In this document: positions 1 to 10,336 of the stretch, piece after piece | How the letters are laid out: every line of letters begins with the position of its first letter | Numbering within the stretch: the stretch's first letter is position 1 | Origin: Alphaproteobacteria bacterium | GTDB lineage: Bacteria > Pseudomonadota > Alphaproteobacteria > UBA8366 > CAVOAK01 | Length of the DNA: 48,134 bases | NCBI GenBank assembly: GCA_963693665.1 | Contig: CAVOAK010000001.1 | Location: 1 to 48,134 of the forward strand | Direction of reading: 5' to 3' | The notes under the pieces: model-generated | What the model was told of the DNA's origin: nothing | Databases searched by the model: none | Seen by the model: only the letters and a program-made list of their open reading frames with translations | Made by a program: the position numbers and the translations under genes

Positions 1-255
1 CGCCGATTGGCGTTATGCCTTGAATCAACAACAGATTTCCAAGGTCAGTTCCGCGTGTCGAAAAAACCGGCGGACTGTCTGCTGGTACAGCTAAATAGGT
101 GTGGCCGCTAATGCCGCGCGTTTGGTAACCCGAAAGATAATAAACGCTCTCGGGCGCGCTCAAGATTAGTAAATCAATTTTCCGCGAGCCATCTCGGCGC
201 GAACGCGGTCAAGCCGCGCCTCAAAATGTTTACGGCTGAACGCACTCGGAATCAC
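1..255 (-). pseudogene. M24 family peptidase (creatinase/Xaa-Pro aminopeptidase N-terminal domain). Only the 5' part lies in the window, and it is frameshifted.
   Basis: Minus strand from GTG at 255 (GGAGGA just upstream) reads MIPSAFSRKHFEARLDRVRAEMARGK. After a T4 run at 178-181 (A4 on the coding strand), a different frame continues stop-free to the window edge: KIDLLILSAPESVYYLSGYQTRGISGHTYLAVPADSPPVFSTRGTDLGNLLLIQGITPIG. This is typical of the creatinase/prolidase N-domain. The two halves join only if one A is added. Confidence 0.6.
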
Positions 256-310
256 TGCATCCTCCTCTGGACCGGTGTTCAGTCCAACCTCACTTCAACT
301 ATTACATCCT

Positions 311-808
311 TTATGGGCTAACCCGCCCACGCAGATGTTCACTGACTTCAGTTCGCTCGGGCCTAAGCGCCTCACGCAAGTATTCGACAGCGTGTCTTGG
401 TTCACATGACCCGCACATAAAAATATCAAACGCCGCGTAGTTGAACTCCGGCCACGTGTGGAGCGTGATATGAGATTCAGCCAACATCGCAACGCCGGTC
501 ACGCCATTATTTTCGGCAAAATGATGCAACTGAACATGCAGAAGAGTCGCACCACACACCTCCGCACACCCCCTAAGCGTGGCCTCAATAAATTCGAGAT
601 CGTCGAGGCGTCTGCCGCCCCACATATCGACGAGAAAGTGCGAGCCGGCATAATTCACACCGTTACGCGAAACCGTATGTGCACAGTAGGGATCTACACC
701 AGTATCTGCAGGTGCACAATTCGGCTCAGCAACATCCTCTAGTCTACTCACAACGACATCGTGTTCCAACTCTGTCTCCGATTGAAAAAGTGTATTTACG
801 CCTGACAT
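311..808 (-). CDS. speD: S-adenosylmethionine decarboxylase proenzyme (small bacterial pyruvoyl type)
   Basis: Contains MLAESHITLHTWPEFNYAAFDIFMCG, matching the E-S self-cleavage site and HTWPE motif of SpeH/SpeD-type AdoMetDC. I prefer ATG at 808 (MSGVNTLF, GGGAGA 7 nt upstream) over the TTG at 823 in the ORF track. The gene lies downstream of speE on the same strand. Confidence 0.85.
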   Translation of the reverse strand: MSGVNTLFQSETELEHDVVVSRLEDVAEPNCAPADTGVDPYCAHTVSRNGVNYAGSHFLVDMWGGRRLDDLEFIEATLRGCAEVCGATLLHVQLHHFAENNGVTGVAMLAESHITLHTWPEFNYAAFDIFMCGSCEPRHAVEYLREALRPERTEVSEHLRGRVSP

Positions 809-1026
809 ACCCAATTCTCCCAAATCGGAAATCTACCCGCACCATTAAACAAACCCCAGTCACAACGCGTATGCAGCGAGCCGGGGTTCTGGAATTGGCA
901 ACTTATTGAGAATTGATTGATCCAATGCAAGCCAAAATGTGTCGGCAGAACAATAAAATATGCCGTTGTCACTGGGTTCTTGCCTGCTAATTTTCTCGCC
1001 CAGCACCGACCAGACCCACATGCACC

Positions 1027-1881
1027 CTATGCTGGCGCGGCAAGTGCCTCGATATAGGGCGGCAGAGCAAAGGCCGCCTTGTGTATCTCCGGCGTGTAGT
1101 AACGTGTTTTCAGATTGGCATTGCGGAATCGATCGATGAGGGTCTCGACAGCAACCGGGCGCAGTGACACGTCGTCGCTCGCCCAACCGAAGGCCATAAA
1201 TCCGCCTGCGTATGTCGGCACTGGCGCCAGAAAACAAGTAGCGTCGGCGAACATTGAACGCAGAAGACCAACCGATGAACTCAACTCTGGGCCCTGCAGA
1301 AACGGGACACCGTTTTGCGTAACGACAACACCTCCCACTGCCAGGCAGGATTTGCATCTAGTGTAAAACTCGCGCTCGAATAATACCTCAGCAGGGCCCA
1401 CCGGATCTGGGGAATCAACAATGATTACATCAAACTTACGATCACATTCGGCAACATAGCGGGCACCGTCATCGACAATGACCTCCGTACGCGGATCTTC
1501 AAATGCATCGCCGCAGATCGACGGCAAATAACGCTTACAGAAATCAATTACACTTGCATCAATCTCAACGACGACGACGCATTCAATTCCAGAATGCATC
1601 AGTGCTCGCCGCAGCATCCCACCATCGCCTCCGCCAATGATCAAAACGTTGCGTGCATTGCCATGCGCTAGAATTGGCGTATGCGAGAGCATTTCGTGGT
1701 AAATAAACTCATCACGCTCCGTCGTTTGAATGACGCCGTCGAGGGTCAATACACGGCCAAATAACTCATTCTCAAACAGCATAAGATGCTGAAATTGGCT
1801 CTTGGTTTCATGCAATAATTTGTCGACCCTCAAGCGTAGTTGAAAGCCGCCGTGAAGCATCTCTTCCCACCAATTTTCCAT
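1027..1881 (-). CDS. speE: Spermidine synthase (aminopropyltransferase)
   Basis: Reads MENWWEEMLH...LFENELFGRVLTLDGVIQTTERDEFIYHEML...VLIIGGGDGGMLRR...VVVEID...IIVDSPDP, the classic SpeE signature. The ATG at 1881 gives 284 aa. The longer 352-aa ORF would overlap the upstream gene and adds a Cys/Arg-rich, non-protein-like N-terminus. Confidence 0.9.
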   Translation of the reverse strand: MENWWEEMLHGGFQLRLRVDKLLHETKSQFQHLMLFENELFGRVLTLDGVIQTTERDEFIYHEMLSHTPILAHGNARNVLIIGGGDGGMLRRALMHSGIECVVVVEIDASVIDFCKRYLPSICGDAFEDPRTEVIVDDGARYVAECDRKFDVIIVDSPDPVGPAEVLFEREFYTRCKSCLAVGGVVVTQNGVPFLQGPELSSSVGLLRSMFADATCFLAPVPTYAGGFMAFGWASDDVSLRPVAVETLIDRFRNANLKTRYYTPEIHKAAFALPPYIEALAAPA

Positions 1882-1925
1882 AATTTGATTTCCCACTGAC
1901 GCATTCACTGTCGCGTCGAATTCCC

Positions 1926-3259
1926 TTATAGCGTCTGCAGCGCGCCGCGCATCGCCATTCCTTGAAGCAACACTGCACCCGTTCCCATGACAAATACGAT
2001 TATGAGCATCAGCGCACCAAACCCTGGAACCAACGCAATCATCGACAAAGCAACAAGGCCGCCCGCAAGAACAACGATACGCCACAGCAAGGGGGCGCCC
2101 TCACCTTTTCCAATACGTCGGGCACATGTCCAGCCAACCAAGATCGCAAAATCGAGAAGGCCTAACGCAAGGGCAACAATGTACAGGCCCGCCATAACGA
2201 TAGCCAACGGTAGTCCAATTCCCGTCACGACCAAAATCAGCATGCCAATTGGGCCACCCAAGAGAACTGCCAAGCCAAGACCCGCCGATGCCCAAGGCCT
2301 CCTGCAAATTTGTGCCACAGCCTCGAAAGGCAATTTTGGCGATACCAGCAGAAGAACGATGCCCAGAAGGATCAAACCCGCTACCACGGAAAGCCAAATA
2401 GCGCCGGCCGCGGCAAAGGCTTGTCCCATCATTGCTTCTGGACGTTCCGACTGAATGAAGGTCACGTCGCCAGAAATTCGTGCCTCAGGCGCTATCTCTG
2501 CCTGTGACGGGCTTTGGTATGTGAGATTACCGTTAATTCTTGCCGACGGCAAAATTCGAACATTCAATCCCTGAAGACTGACGTTACCTTCTACTTCACC
2601 CGAAATTGTTATGTGCCGTCCAACGGCCCTAAGATTTTCGGCGACAACCCCATCAACCCTAACACGGTTACCACCCAGGGACGCATTGCCGCCAACCCGT
2701 GCTCCACTCCGCGAGACGACCCGTCCGCCTGCCGCATGCATGTTACCCGTTACCGTTGCATGACTGATGACTTGTCCTCCCATCATCTTCAGATTTCGAG
2801 CGAGCAAACCACGCACGACAACTTGGCCGCCGACGGCAAGAATATTTCCCGTACTGCTACAACATTGCCGCCAAGAACTGTCAGGTCACCATTGATAGCA
2901 CCCTCGGCGCTCATCTGTCCGCCTGCCGCCACAACATTGCCCCTAATGTTCTTGCCAACGAGTAACTCACCGCCCATCAACAGGACATCGCCGACAACGT
3001 TCGAATCAACAGTCACCTCGCGACCTAATGCCATAATATCGCCGCTTACATCAGCTCGGATAGTTACAGTACGGGCACCCTCAAACAGATCTTCGCTAAT
3101 CGTGCCCGTCTTTACGACACCTTGCTCCCAGCCCTGAGCATACGAACTCAAGACAAAGAGCATCAACGACGTCATGATTACGGCCGCTATACATCGCACC
3201 TGCGTAGCAAAATTATGTATGATCTTTCCTCGCTGATTCCCAATCATTTGCGTCGCCAT
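1926..3259 (-). pseudogene. Bactofilin-like beta-helical repeat protein with an N-terminal signal/anchor and a polytopic C-terminal membrane domain. It is split by a frame change near 2851.
   Basis: ORFs 2789..3259 and 1926..2816 overlap in different frames. Upstream of the GTG at 2816, the downstream frame still reads repeat sequence (TGNILAVGGQVVVRGLLARNLKMMGGQV...). This continues the GG-x15-GG periodicity of the upstream ORF (MGGELLVGKNIRGNVVAAGGQMSAEGAINGDLTVLGGNVVAV). The C-terminal ~170 aa are hydrophobic, with several predicted TM helices. Confidence 0.6.
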
Positions 3260-3266
3260 ATTTGTG

Positions 3267-4526
3267 TCATACTGGCTCGTTGCCTGAACGGATTCGTGAC
3301 TGCACCGTCGCGCTATTGGTCACTTTGTTGTAGAGGTCGACGGGCAGGAAGATCGCCTCCTTGGCGATGCGCCCCAAATACTCAATCCCTAGTCCAAAAA
3401 TCATGCTCACCGAGCCCGACGATGTCCGATTGCTGCCCTGCACCTCGGCCAGTTTCAGGCCTAGTGTTGATACAATTCTCGAGGTCAGTTTAGATTGCTG
3501 CGCCAGAACATTCCCGGCGGGTCGATCATATCTCGCGCCCCAAAAATGAAACCCCGAACCCAAATCAACAAGCTGTGCTGTAATTCGCACTTTGCTGTCT
3601 GCCATTCGGACGCTGCCTTCAAGCAAAAATTGTGCGTTAAGCGAACGGCCAACTTCCATTGTGTCGACTGTTGCATCCGGGCTACCTGACTTTCCGACAA
3701 CTACTCGCAGGGCCTGTCGTGACGACAGCGCTGTGATCAGATCCTCCGTCAATCCCTGACTGAAAATTTCTGGGAAACCGACACCGCCAATAGTTCAAAA
3801 CGGAATGATCGCAAGCGTAGGCACGGCTAAAACTCCGTCATTGAAATTTGGCAATTTAGGGTTCCATACGACCCAAATCACCAAGACAGCCAATATTGAA
3901 TTGGCAATGCACCATGGCATCATTACTCTGCGGCGATTGGGGGAAGATGTTTGGTCTAGTACCTGGCCAGCGAGTTCAGGCGCTATAAAAATGCGGTAAG
4001 TGCGGACCGGCTCAGAAATATTTTTTACGGTTTGGCCACCTAAGTGTTCAAACCCGAAGGCGGCACGGTTCTTGACTTGATCGAAGACGGTACCAGAAAC
4101 GCAAATCTCACCTTCTTCCGCGATTTCCTGCAGCCTGGCCGCAACATTAACGCCGTCACCGTAAATGTTGTCGCGATCAACAATGACATCACCGAGATTG
4201 ATGCCAATGCGGAACTGTAGGCCCGCATCTTTTTGCGTGCCCTGTTCACTGTTGCTTTGATAGCGTTGAAACTCGACCGCACAGGTAAGGGCCTCAACGA
4301 CGCTCGTAAAGTCCGCGAGCACCGCGTCGCCTACCAAATTTACGACGCGTCCGCCATGCTTGGTAATAATGCTGATCAGTGCGTCGAGGCCAGCGCGAAG
4401 GGCTCGGTGATCATCCCGCCTGCTGTGACGGGAATAACCAACCACACCGGCAAACAGAATTGCTGTGAGCTTGCGCTCAAGTTTTGAGTCGGCCATCGCT
4501 TCTAACGTTACGCCTGAAAGCGTCAC
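3267..4526 (-). pseudogene. Class III nucleotidyl cyclase domain, then a TM helix, then a TolB-like periplasmic module. It is interrupted by an in-frame TGA (3795-3797) and has degenerate catalytic residues.
   Basis: ORFs 3795..4526 and 3267..3752 are in the same frame. Reading through gives LAIIPF*TIGGVGFPEIFSQGLTEDLITALSS, which is collinear with the usual IAVLPF-x-N..GLTEDLITALS motif of cyclase/TolB-like/TPR proteins. The cyclase domain reads AILFAGVVGYS...GGRVVNLVGDAVLADF...GDGVNVAARLQ. Confidence 0.75.
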
Positions 4527-4694
4527 CTCAGCCCACTCAATTCATGCACTCGACCGAATTTTACGCGGGACAATTCATATATAGGCACTAACACCGACGC
4601 ACACCACCACCCGACTTAGTCTTGCCGCCAATACGCCGGGCGCGTAATTTGTCCGCCACATTAGATCCATCTTGAATTTTTTGGAGTTAGTTTC

Positions 4695-6374
4695 ATGAGC
4701 ACTTCGCGATATGCAGCCAACGCTCGAGCCGTACGCTCACCGCGAGGCTCCGAAATCACCGCCAAAAGTTGGCGAACCGAAGCACCAATGCGCATGTTGA
4801 TGAACAACCTCGATCCTGAGGTTGCCGAAAACCCCGATGAACTGGTGGTCTACGGTGGCATCGGCCGCGCCGCGCGTAACTGGGACAGTTTCGAGCGCAT
4901 TGTCAGTACTCTAAAAACGCTTGAAGAATACGAGACCCTGCTTGTCCAGTCCGGCAAGCCAGTGGGCGTCTTCCGCACGCATGAAGATGCGCCGCGGGTC
5001 CTGATCGCAAACTCAAATTTAGTACCCCATTGGGCAACTTGGGAACATTTCAACGAATTGGATGCCAAAGGCCTCATGATGTACGGACAGATGACTGCAG
5101 GCTCCTGGATATACATAGGCAGCCAAGGCATCGTTCAAGGTACCTACGAAACATTTGTTGAATGCATACGGCAGCATTTTGGTGGCGATGGGCGCAGTAA
5201 ATGGATTTTGACCGCCGGTTTAGGCGGCATGGGCGGTGCGCAGCCCCTTGCTGCAACAATGGCTGGCACCTCCATGCTTGCCATCGAGTGTCGTCCAAGC
5301 CGTATCCAAAGACGGTTGGAAACTGGATATGTGGACAAGCAGGCCGCCGATCTCGATGAAGCCCTGAAGATGATGGAAGAAGCTTGCAGCAAACGTGAGC
5401 CAATTTCTGTCGGCCTACTGGGGAATGCCGCGGAGGTACTACCAGAGCTTTTACGACGTGGCATCAAACCCGACGCTGTGACCGACCAGACCTCAGCGCA
5501 TGACCCGATACATGGATATCTACCAGAGGGTTGGACGCTCGGCGAGTGGGAATCAAAACAAGAGAGCGACCCGAAAGCAGTGGATGCCGCGGCCAAGAAA
5601 TCTATGGCGACACACGTTCGTGCAATGCTGAAGTTCCACGAAATGGGCATACCTGTCTTCGACTACGGCAATAATATCCGGCAGGTCGCCAAGGACGAAG
5701 GAGTCAACAACGCCTTTGATTTCCCTGGCTTCGTCCCGGCTTACGTGAGGCCCTTATTTTGTAGAGGTAAGGGACCGTTTCGCTGGGTCGCGCTCTCCGG
5801 CGATCCGGAGGATATCTACAAAACTGATGCGAAAGTGAAAGAGCTCATTCCTGACGATCCGCATTTACACAATTGGCTCGACATGGCACGCGAGCGCATC
5901 CAATTTCAGGGCTTGCCTTCCCGGATCTGTTGGATCGGCCTCGGTCAGCGAGACAAGATTGGGCTGGCCTTTAATGACATGGTTGCAAGTGGTGAATTGT
6001 CAGCGCCAGTCGTGATTGGGCGCGATCATCTTGATTCCGGTTCCGTCGCCAGCCCCAATCGCGAAACGGAGTCGATGATGGATGGCTCCGATGCGGTATC
6101 GGACTGGCCTCTTCTGAATGCCCTTCTCAATTGTGCAAGCGGTGCGACGTGGGTTTCGATCCACCATGGCGGTGGCGTTGGTATGGGTTATTCGCAACAT
6201 TCCGGTATGGTAGTTATCTGCGACGGCACAGAAGCCGCCGCGAGACGTGTTGGCCGAGTATTGTGGAACGACCCAGCAACCGGTGTCATGCGTCATGCCG
6301 ACGCCGGGTATGAAGACGCAATTTCCTGCGCGAACGAGATGCACCTCAACTTGCCTATGATAGGTCAACGATGA
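4695..6374 (+). CDS. hutU: Urocanate hydratase
   Basis: 559 aa, with full-length resemblance to urocanase ([13 protein letters not shown]-binding stretch, [12 protein letters not shown]). GGAG lies 8 nt upstream of the ATG. Confidence 0.97.
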   Translation: MSTSRYAANARAVRSPRGSEITAKSWRTEAPMRMLMNNLDPEVAENPDELVVYGGIGRAARNWDSFERIVSTLKTLEEYETLLVQSGKPVGVFRTHEDAPRVLIANSNLVPHWATWEHFNELDAKGLMMYGQMTAGSWIYIGSQGIVQGTYETFVECIRQHFGGDGRSKWILTAGLGGMGGAQPLAATMAGTSMLAIECRPSRIQRRLETGYVDKQAADLDEALKMMEEACSKREPISVGLLGNAAEVLPELLRRGIKPDAVTDQTSAHDPIHGYLPEGWTLGEWESKQESDPKAVDAAAKKSMATHVRAMLKFHEMGIPVFDYGNNIRQVAKDEGVNNAFDFPGFVPAYVRPLFCRGKGPFRWVALSGDPEDIYKTDAKVKELIPDDPHLHNWLDMARERIQFQGLPSRICWIGLGQRDKIGLAFNDMVASGELSAPVVIGRDHLDSGSVASPNRETESMMDGSDAVSDWPLLNALLNCASGATWVSIHHGGGVGMGYSQHSGMVVICDGTEAAARRVGRVLWNDPATGVMRHADAGYEDAISCANEMHLNLPMIGQR

Positions 6375-6667
6375 TCAAATTTGCCATTACTGCTGAACTA
6401 GAGATCAAGCCGGATCAGAAGGGTGCTTTTCTTCAACGGCTTATGCGGCATCGTGCCTCCTGCCTTGAAACCGAGGAAGGCTGCCTCCGATTCGATGTAT
6501 TACTGCCGAAAGATGCGGACAATCGGGTTGTCCTCTACGAAGTTTATGCGACCGATGCAGCATTCGACACCCACAGGGTGACGCCGCATTTTCTTGCCTA
6601 CCGAAAGGACATCGAGGGTATGGTGGTTTCACGAAAAATTACCGAATTCACCCTCGACGACCTTTAA
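6371..6667 (+). CDS. Antibiotic-biosynthesis-monooxygenase (ABM, YgiN-like) domain protein
   Basis: 98 aa with an ABM/dimeric alpha-beta-barrel pattern ([15 protein letters not shown]...[10 protein letters not shown]...[22 protein letters not shown]). Its ATG overlaps the hutU stop (ATGA), implying translational coupling. Confidence 0.7.
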   Translation: MIKFAITAELEIKPDQKGAFLQRLMRHRASCLETEEGCLRFDVLLPKDADNRVVLYEVYATDAAFDTHRVTPHFLAYRKDIEGMVVSRKITEFTLDDL

Positions 6668-6697
6668 TCCAAGTTTAGCTTTAGGAGCTCGCACTGT

Positions 6698-8236
6698 ATG
6701 GCCGAAAACGCCATCGTTCTTCGACCGGGAAACCTTGCTCTCGCAGAACTCAGACGCATCGCGCGTAGTGATGTTGAGATTACAATCGATCCCGGATGCC
6801 GCGGCAATGTCGAAGCGGCGGCAAAAACCGTCGACGATATCGTTCGCGAAGGCCGCACAGTCTATGGCGTGAATACCGGCTTCGGTCTTCTTGCCCACGC
6901 ACGCATCGAACCTTCAGCGCTTGCCAATCTTCAGCGCAATCTTGTTTTGTCGCACAGCGCAGGGACTGGCCCGAATCTCGACGATGACACTGTGCGCCTG
7001 ACAATAGCATTGAAGGTCGCAGCGCTCGGGCAAGGCCATTCTGGTGTTCGATGGCTGGTTATTGAAGCACTCCTCGCACTTATCAAGCATCGTGTTTACC
7101 CCTGTGTACCAGCTAAAGGATCTGTCGGCGCGTCAGGAGATTTAGCGCCGCTGGCCCATCTATCAGCCGCCCTCCTCGGGGTCGGTGAAGTTCGTCACAA
7201 GGGCAAAATGCTGCCTGCAGTGGAAGGCCTTCGCATTGCCGGACTCACTCCACTCGAACTTGGCCCGAAGGAAGGCCTTGCGCTTCTTAACGGCACGCAG
7301 GTCTCGACGGCTCTGGCACTTATGGGCTTGTTTATGGGCGAGGACGTGTTCGCCGGTGCAGTTGTCGCCGGCGCATTGTCGGTCGACGCCGCCAAAGGAA
7401 GTGACACACCGTTCGACGCTCGCATCCATGCTGTTCGCGGCCAACCGGGACAGGAACTTGTAGCAAAAGTATACGCGCGCCTCTTGGCAGACAGCCCCAT
7501 CCGGGAGTCCCATCGCGGATGTGAGAAGGTTCAGGATCCTTATTCGCTTCGTTGCCAACCGCAGGTAATGGGTGCCGTATTGGATCATATGCGCTTCGCA
7601 TCAACCGTCATTGCCAGAGAGGCTAATGCGGTTTCCGACAACCCGCTTGTCTTTCCCGACGACGGTGATGTGCTTTCCGGAGGTAATTTTCACGCCGAAC
7701 CCGTGGCAATTACAGCTGATCTACTGGCAATCGCGCTGACCGAGATCGGTACACTGTCCGAACGACGAACCGCCCTTCTCGTCGATCCTGCGATGAGCGG
7801 ACTACCTGCTTTCTTGGTTAAAGACGGGGGTCTCAATTCCGGCTTTATGATTGCGCAGGTGACTGCTGCTGCTCTTGCATCAGAGAATAAGACGCTTGCC
7901 CACCCAGCGAGCGTGGATTCCATTCCAACCTCGGCAAATCAGGAAGATCACGTCAGCATGGCTACATTCGCTGCGCGTCGCGTGTCAGAAATTGGCGAGA
8001 ATGTTGCAGGTATTGTCGCAATAGAGCTACTTGCCGCGGCCCAGGGAATCGAGTTTCACAAACCGCTCAAGTCCTCGCCACCACTTCACGAGGTCATTAC
8101 AACAATCCGCACGCGCGCTGCGAATTGGGACAGCGATCGATTTTTTGCACCTGACATTGCCGCGCTCAAGGAACTCGTTCATGCCGGCACATACAACATT
8201 TACATGCCGGAACTGTTGCCGAGCTTATCTGCCTAA
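6698..8236 (+). CDS. hutH: Histidine ammonia-lyase
   Basis: 512 aa. Contains GSVGASGDLAPLAHL (the MIO-forming Ala-Ser-Gly). AGGAG lies upstream of the ATG. Confidence 0.97.
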   Translation: MAENAIVLRPGNLALAELRRIARSDVEITIDPGCRGNVEAAAKTVDDIVREGRTVYGVNTGFGLLAHARIEPSALANLQRNLVLSHSAGTGPNLDDDTVRLTIALKVAALGQGHSGVRWLVIEALLALIKHRVYPCVPAKGSVGASGDLAPLAHLSAALLGVGEVRHKGKMLPAVEGLRIAGLTPLELGPKEGLALLNGTQVSTALALMGLFMGEDVFAGAVVAGALSVDAAKGSDTPFDARIHAVRGQPGQELVAKVYARLLADSPIRESHRGCEKVQDPYSLRCQPQVMGAVLDHMRFASTVIAREANAVSDNPLVFPDDGDVLSGGNFHAEPVAITADLLAIALTEIGTLSERRTALLVDPAMSGLPAFLVKDGGLNSGFMIAQVTAAALASENKTLAHPASVDSIPTSANQEDHVSMATFAARRVSEIGENVAGIVAIELLAAAQGIEFHKPLKSSPPLHEVITTIRTRAANWDSDRFFAPDIAALKELVHAGTYNIYMPELLPSLSA

Positions 8237-8253
8237 ACCAACTGTCATCGACC

Positions 8254-9048
8254 GTGGATAAGTATTACTTCTATGCAGGCTCGACGCCGCTGCTGATTAG
8301 CATGCCGCATGTCGGCACCCACGTACCAAAAGAAATCGCCGCGACGATGACCGAGACCGCACTGGACCTGCCAGACACCGATTGGCATGTCGATACGCTC
8401 TACGATTTTCTCTATGAAACCGGTGCCTCGGTAATTTCTGCAACACATTCACGCTACGTAATCGACTTGAACCGCCCACCAGACGGGACAAGCCTTTATC
8501 CTGGCCACGATGTAACCGAACTCTGTCCGACAACCACCTTCGACAACGATCCAATTTATTTTGAAGGGCAGGAACCCGACAGCGATGAAATCACTACCCG
8601 GCTCGAGCGTTATTGGAATCCGTACCACCGTCGTCTCGCAGAAACACTTGCGGAGCTTACTGGACAGCACGGTTATGCGCTTTTATGGGATGCTCATTCG
8701 ATTCGCTCGGTCGTGCCGCGGTTCTTTGAAGGCAAGCTAGCCGACCTAAATCTCGGCAACAGTGACGGCAGCGCCTCAGACTCTGGATTGGCACACAGAC
8801 TTTTGAAAATTTTGCAAGATACGCCTGGCTATACTGCTGTGCTAAACGGGCGTTTCAAGGGAGGCTATATAACCAGAACATATGGTCAACCAGCGGCGCA
8901 CATACATGCGGTCCAGCTTGAACAGAGCCAAGCAACCTACATGGAAAAGAACCCACCGTTCACTTTTCGTGAGGACCTGGCCGAACAAGTGCGTCCGGTA
9001 TTGCGACGCCTTATCGAAACAATGCTTGCATGGCGACCAGCTAACTAA
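8254..9048 (+). CDS. hutG: N-formylglutamate amidohydrolase (FGase family)
   Basis: 264 aa, GTG start. Contains [13 protein letters not shown]...[15 protein letters not shown]...LWDAHSI, the FGase (PF05013-type) motifs. Confidence 0.85.
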   Translation: MDKYYFYAGSTPLLISMPHVGTHVPKEIAATMTETALDLPDTDWHVDTLYDFLYETGASVISATHSRYVIDLNRPPDGTSLYPGHDVTELCPTTTFDNDPIYFEGQEPDSDEITTRLERYWNPYHRRLAETLAELTGQHGYALLWDAHSIRSVVPRFFEGKLADLNLGNSDGSASDSGLAHRLLKILQDTPGYTAVLNGRFKGGYITRTYGQPAAHIHAVQLEQSQATYMEKNPPFTFREDLAEQVRPVLRRLIETMLAWRPAN

Positions 9049-10268
9049 TTAATCGTCACGCGACCAGCCTGTACCACAAGATGTCTGGGATTGGCACCGA
9101 ACCGATAAGCTAACTCCGCCGGACTTTCAATATTCCAAACGACAAAATCAGCCGCCTTTCCGGCAGTCAACGTCCCATGGGACTTTTCCATACCAAGCGC
9201 CGTTGCAGCATTGCGCGTAATGCCCGCAAGCACTTCCTCCGGTGTCATCCGAAACAGCGTGCAGCCCATATTCATCATTAGAAGGAGCGATTGCGCCGGA
9301 GACGAACCGGGGTTGCTGTCCGTTGCAAGTGCCATCGGCACACCGTGTTCACGAAAACTCTCGATCGGCGGCAAGTTGGTTTCTCTTAGAAAGTAGTACG
9401 CCCCAGGAAGAAGAACAGCGACCGTACCTGCTCCGGCCATCGCTTTGACCCCCTCCGCATTCGTAAATTCCAGATGGTCAGCGGACCGCGCGCCATATCG
9501 CGCCGCCAACGCTGCACCATCCAAATCAGACAACTGATCGGCGTGTAGTTTAACGGGAAGACCGAGAGAGACCGCTTTGTCAAAAACACGAGCGGTTTGC
9601 TCTGGCGAAAAGCCGATGCCTTCGCAAAACGCATCAACTGCATCCGCGAGGCCCAACTCAGCTACTCCAGGCAGAACCTCCTCACATATAAAGTCGATAT
9701 ATGCGTCAGCCCGGCCGGCAAATTCCGGAGGCAGAGTGTGGGCGCCAAGAAACGTTGTCTTGACCTCTATCGGATGATCTTTGGCGAGCGATCGAGCGAC
9801 CCGCAACATTTTCAGTTCAGTTTCAAGATCAAGACCATAGCCCGACTTAATTTCGATGACTGTGACACCTTCAGCCAAAAAGCTCTCAAGGCGTCGCGCT
9901 GCCGCCGCGGCTAACGATGCCTCATCCGTTTCGCGCGTAGCCTTGACTGTCGAGATGATTCCGCCGCCTGCTCGGGCGATATCTTCATAGCTCGCCCCTT
10001 CGAGACGCATTTCAAATTCGCGCGCCCGATTTCCGCCATAGACGAGATGGGTGTGACAATCAATCAAACCGGGGGTGATCCACCGCCCATCAACATCGTG
10101 CACTTCTTTCGCAAGTGCGTCAGGCCGGTCTGTCAAATCACCCATCCGACCAGCCCAAACTATGCGCCCATCATCAACTCCAAGTGCCCCATTCTCGATC
10201 GCACCATAGAGCACGCCGCCAGCCTCCATGGTTGCCAGATTGGCGTTAATCCAAAGTGACTGCCACAT
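9045..10268 (-). CDS. hutI: Imidazolonepropionase
   Basis: 407 aa. Contains amidohydrolase motifs [19 protein letters not shown]...KLHADQL...ADHLE. It is convergent with hutG, and the two 3' ends overlap by 4 nt. Confidence 0.95.
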   Translation of the reverse strand: MWQSLWINANLATMEAGGVLYGAIENGALGVDDGRIVWAGRMGDLTDRPDALAKEVHDVDGRWITPGLIDCHTHLVYGGNRAREFEMRLEGASYEDIARAGGGIISTVKATRETDEASLAAAAARRLESFLAEGVTVIEIKSGYGLDLETELKMLRVARSLAKDHPIEVKTTFLGAHTLPPEFAGRADAYIDFICEEVLPGVAELGLADAVDAFCEGIGFSPEQTARVFDKAVSLGLPVKLHADQLSDLDGAALAARYGARSADHLEFTNAEGVKAMAGAGTVAVLLPGAYYFLRETNLPPIESFREHGVPMALATDSNPGSSPAQSLLLMMNMGCTLFRMTPEEVLAGITRNAATALGMEKSHGTLTAGKAADFVVWNIESPAELAYRFGANPRHLVVQAGRVTIN

Positions 10269-10336
10269 CTCGGTTCAACCTCGCGTCAGTTTCCCGTCCC
10301 GGTCGATAAAATCTCTACTTCCGCCAACAAACAGAA

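Noticed and set aside
860-1021. A 53-codon ORF (MWVWSVLGEKISRQEPSDNG...) filling most of the 203-nt speE-speD spacer.
   Set aside because: It has no ribosome-binding site (ATG 5 nt after the speE stop), no recognisable motif, and it is part of a longer shadow ORF. I cannot support it as a gene. The spacer could instead hold regulatory RNA structure, which I cannot verify.
2840-2860. Frame changes (2851, 27367, 178-181) as programmed ribosomal frameshift sites.
   Set aside because: No slippery heptamer plus downstream structure is evident. Each lesion is explained by loss of one or a few bases. Several unrelated genes are affected, which fits mutation or sequencing error.
3795-3797. In-frame TGA in the cyclase gene as a selenocysteine codon or programmed read-through.
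   Set aside because: The position is a variable, non-Cys site in the family motif. I see no convincing stem-loop immediately 3' of the TGA on the coding strand. The gene also carries other inactivating-looking changes. A nonsense mutation is the simpler reading.
9045-9048. 4-nt overlaps of convergent gene ends (hutG/hutI at 9045-9048, MBL hydrolase/MFS at 19561-19564) as functional antisense regulation.
   Set aside because: Short 3'-end overlaps of convergent genes are common in compact bacterial genomes. Nothing in the sequence indicates a special mechanism.
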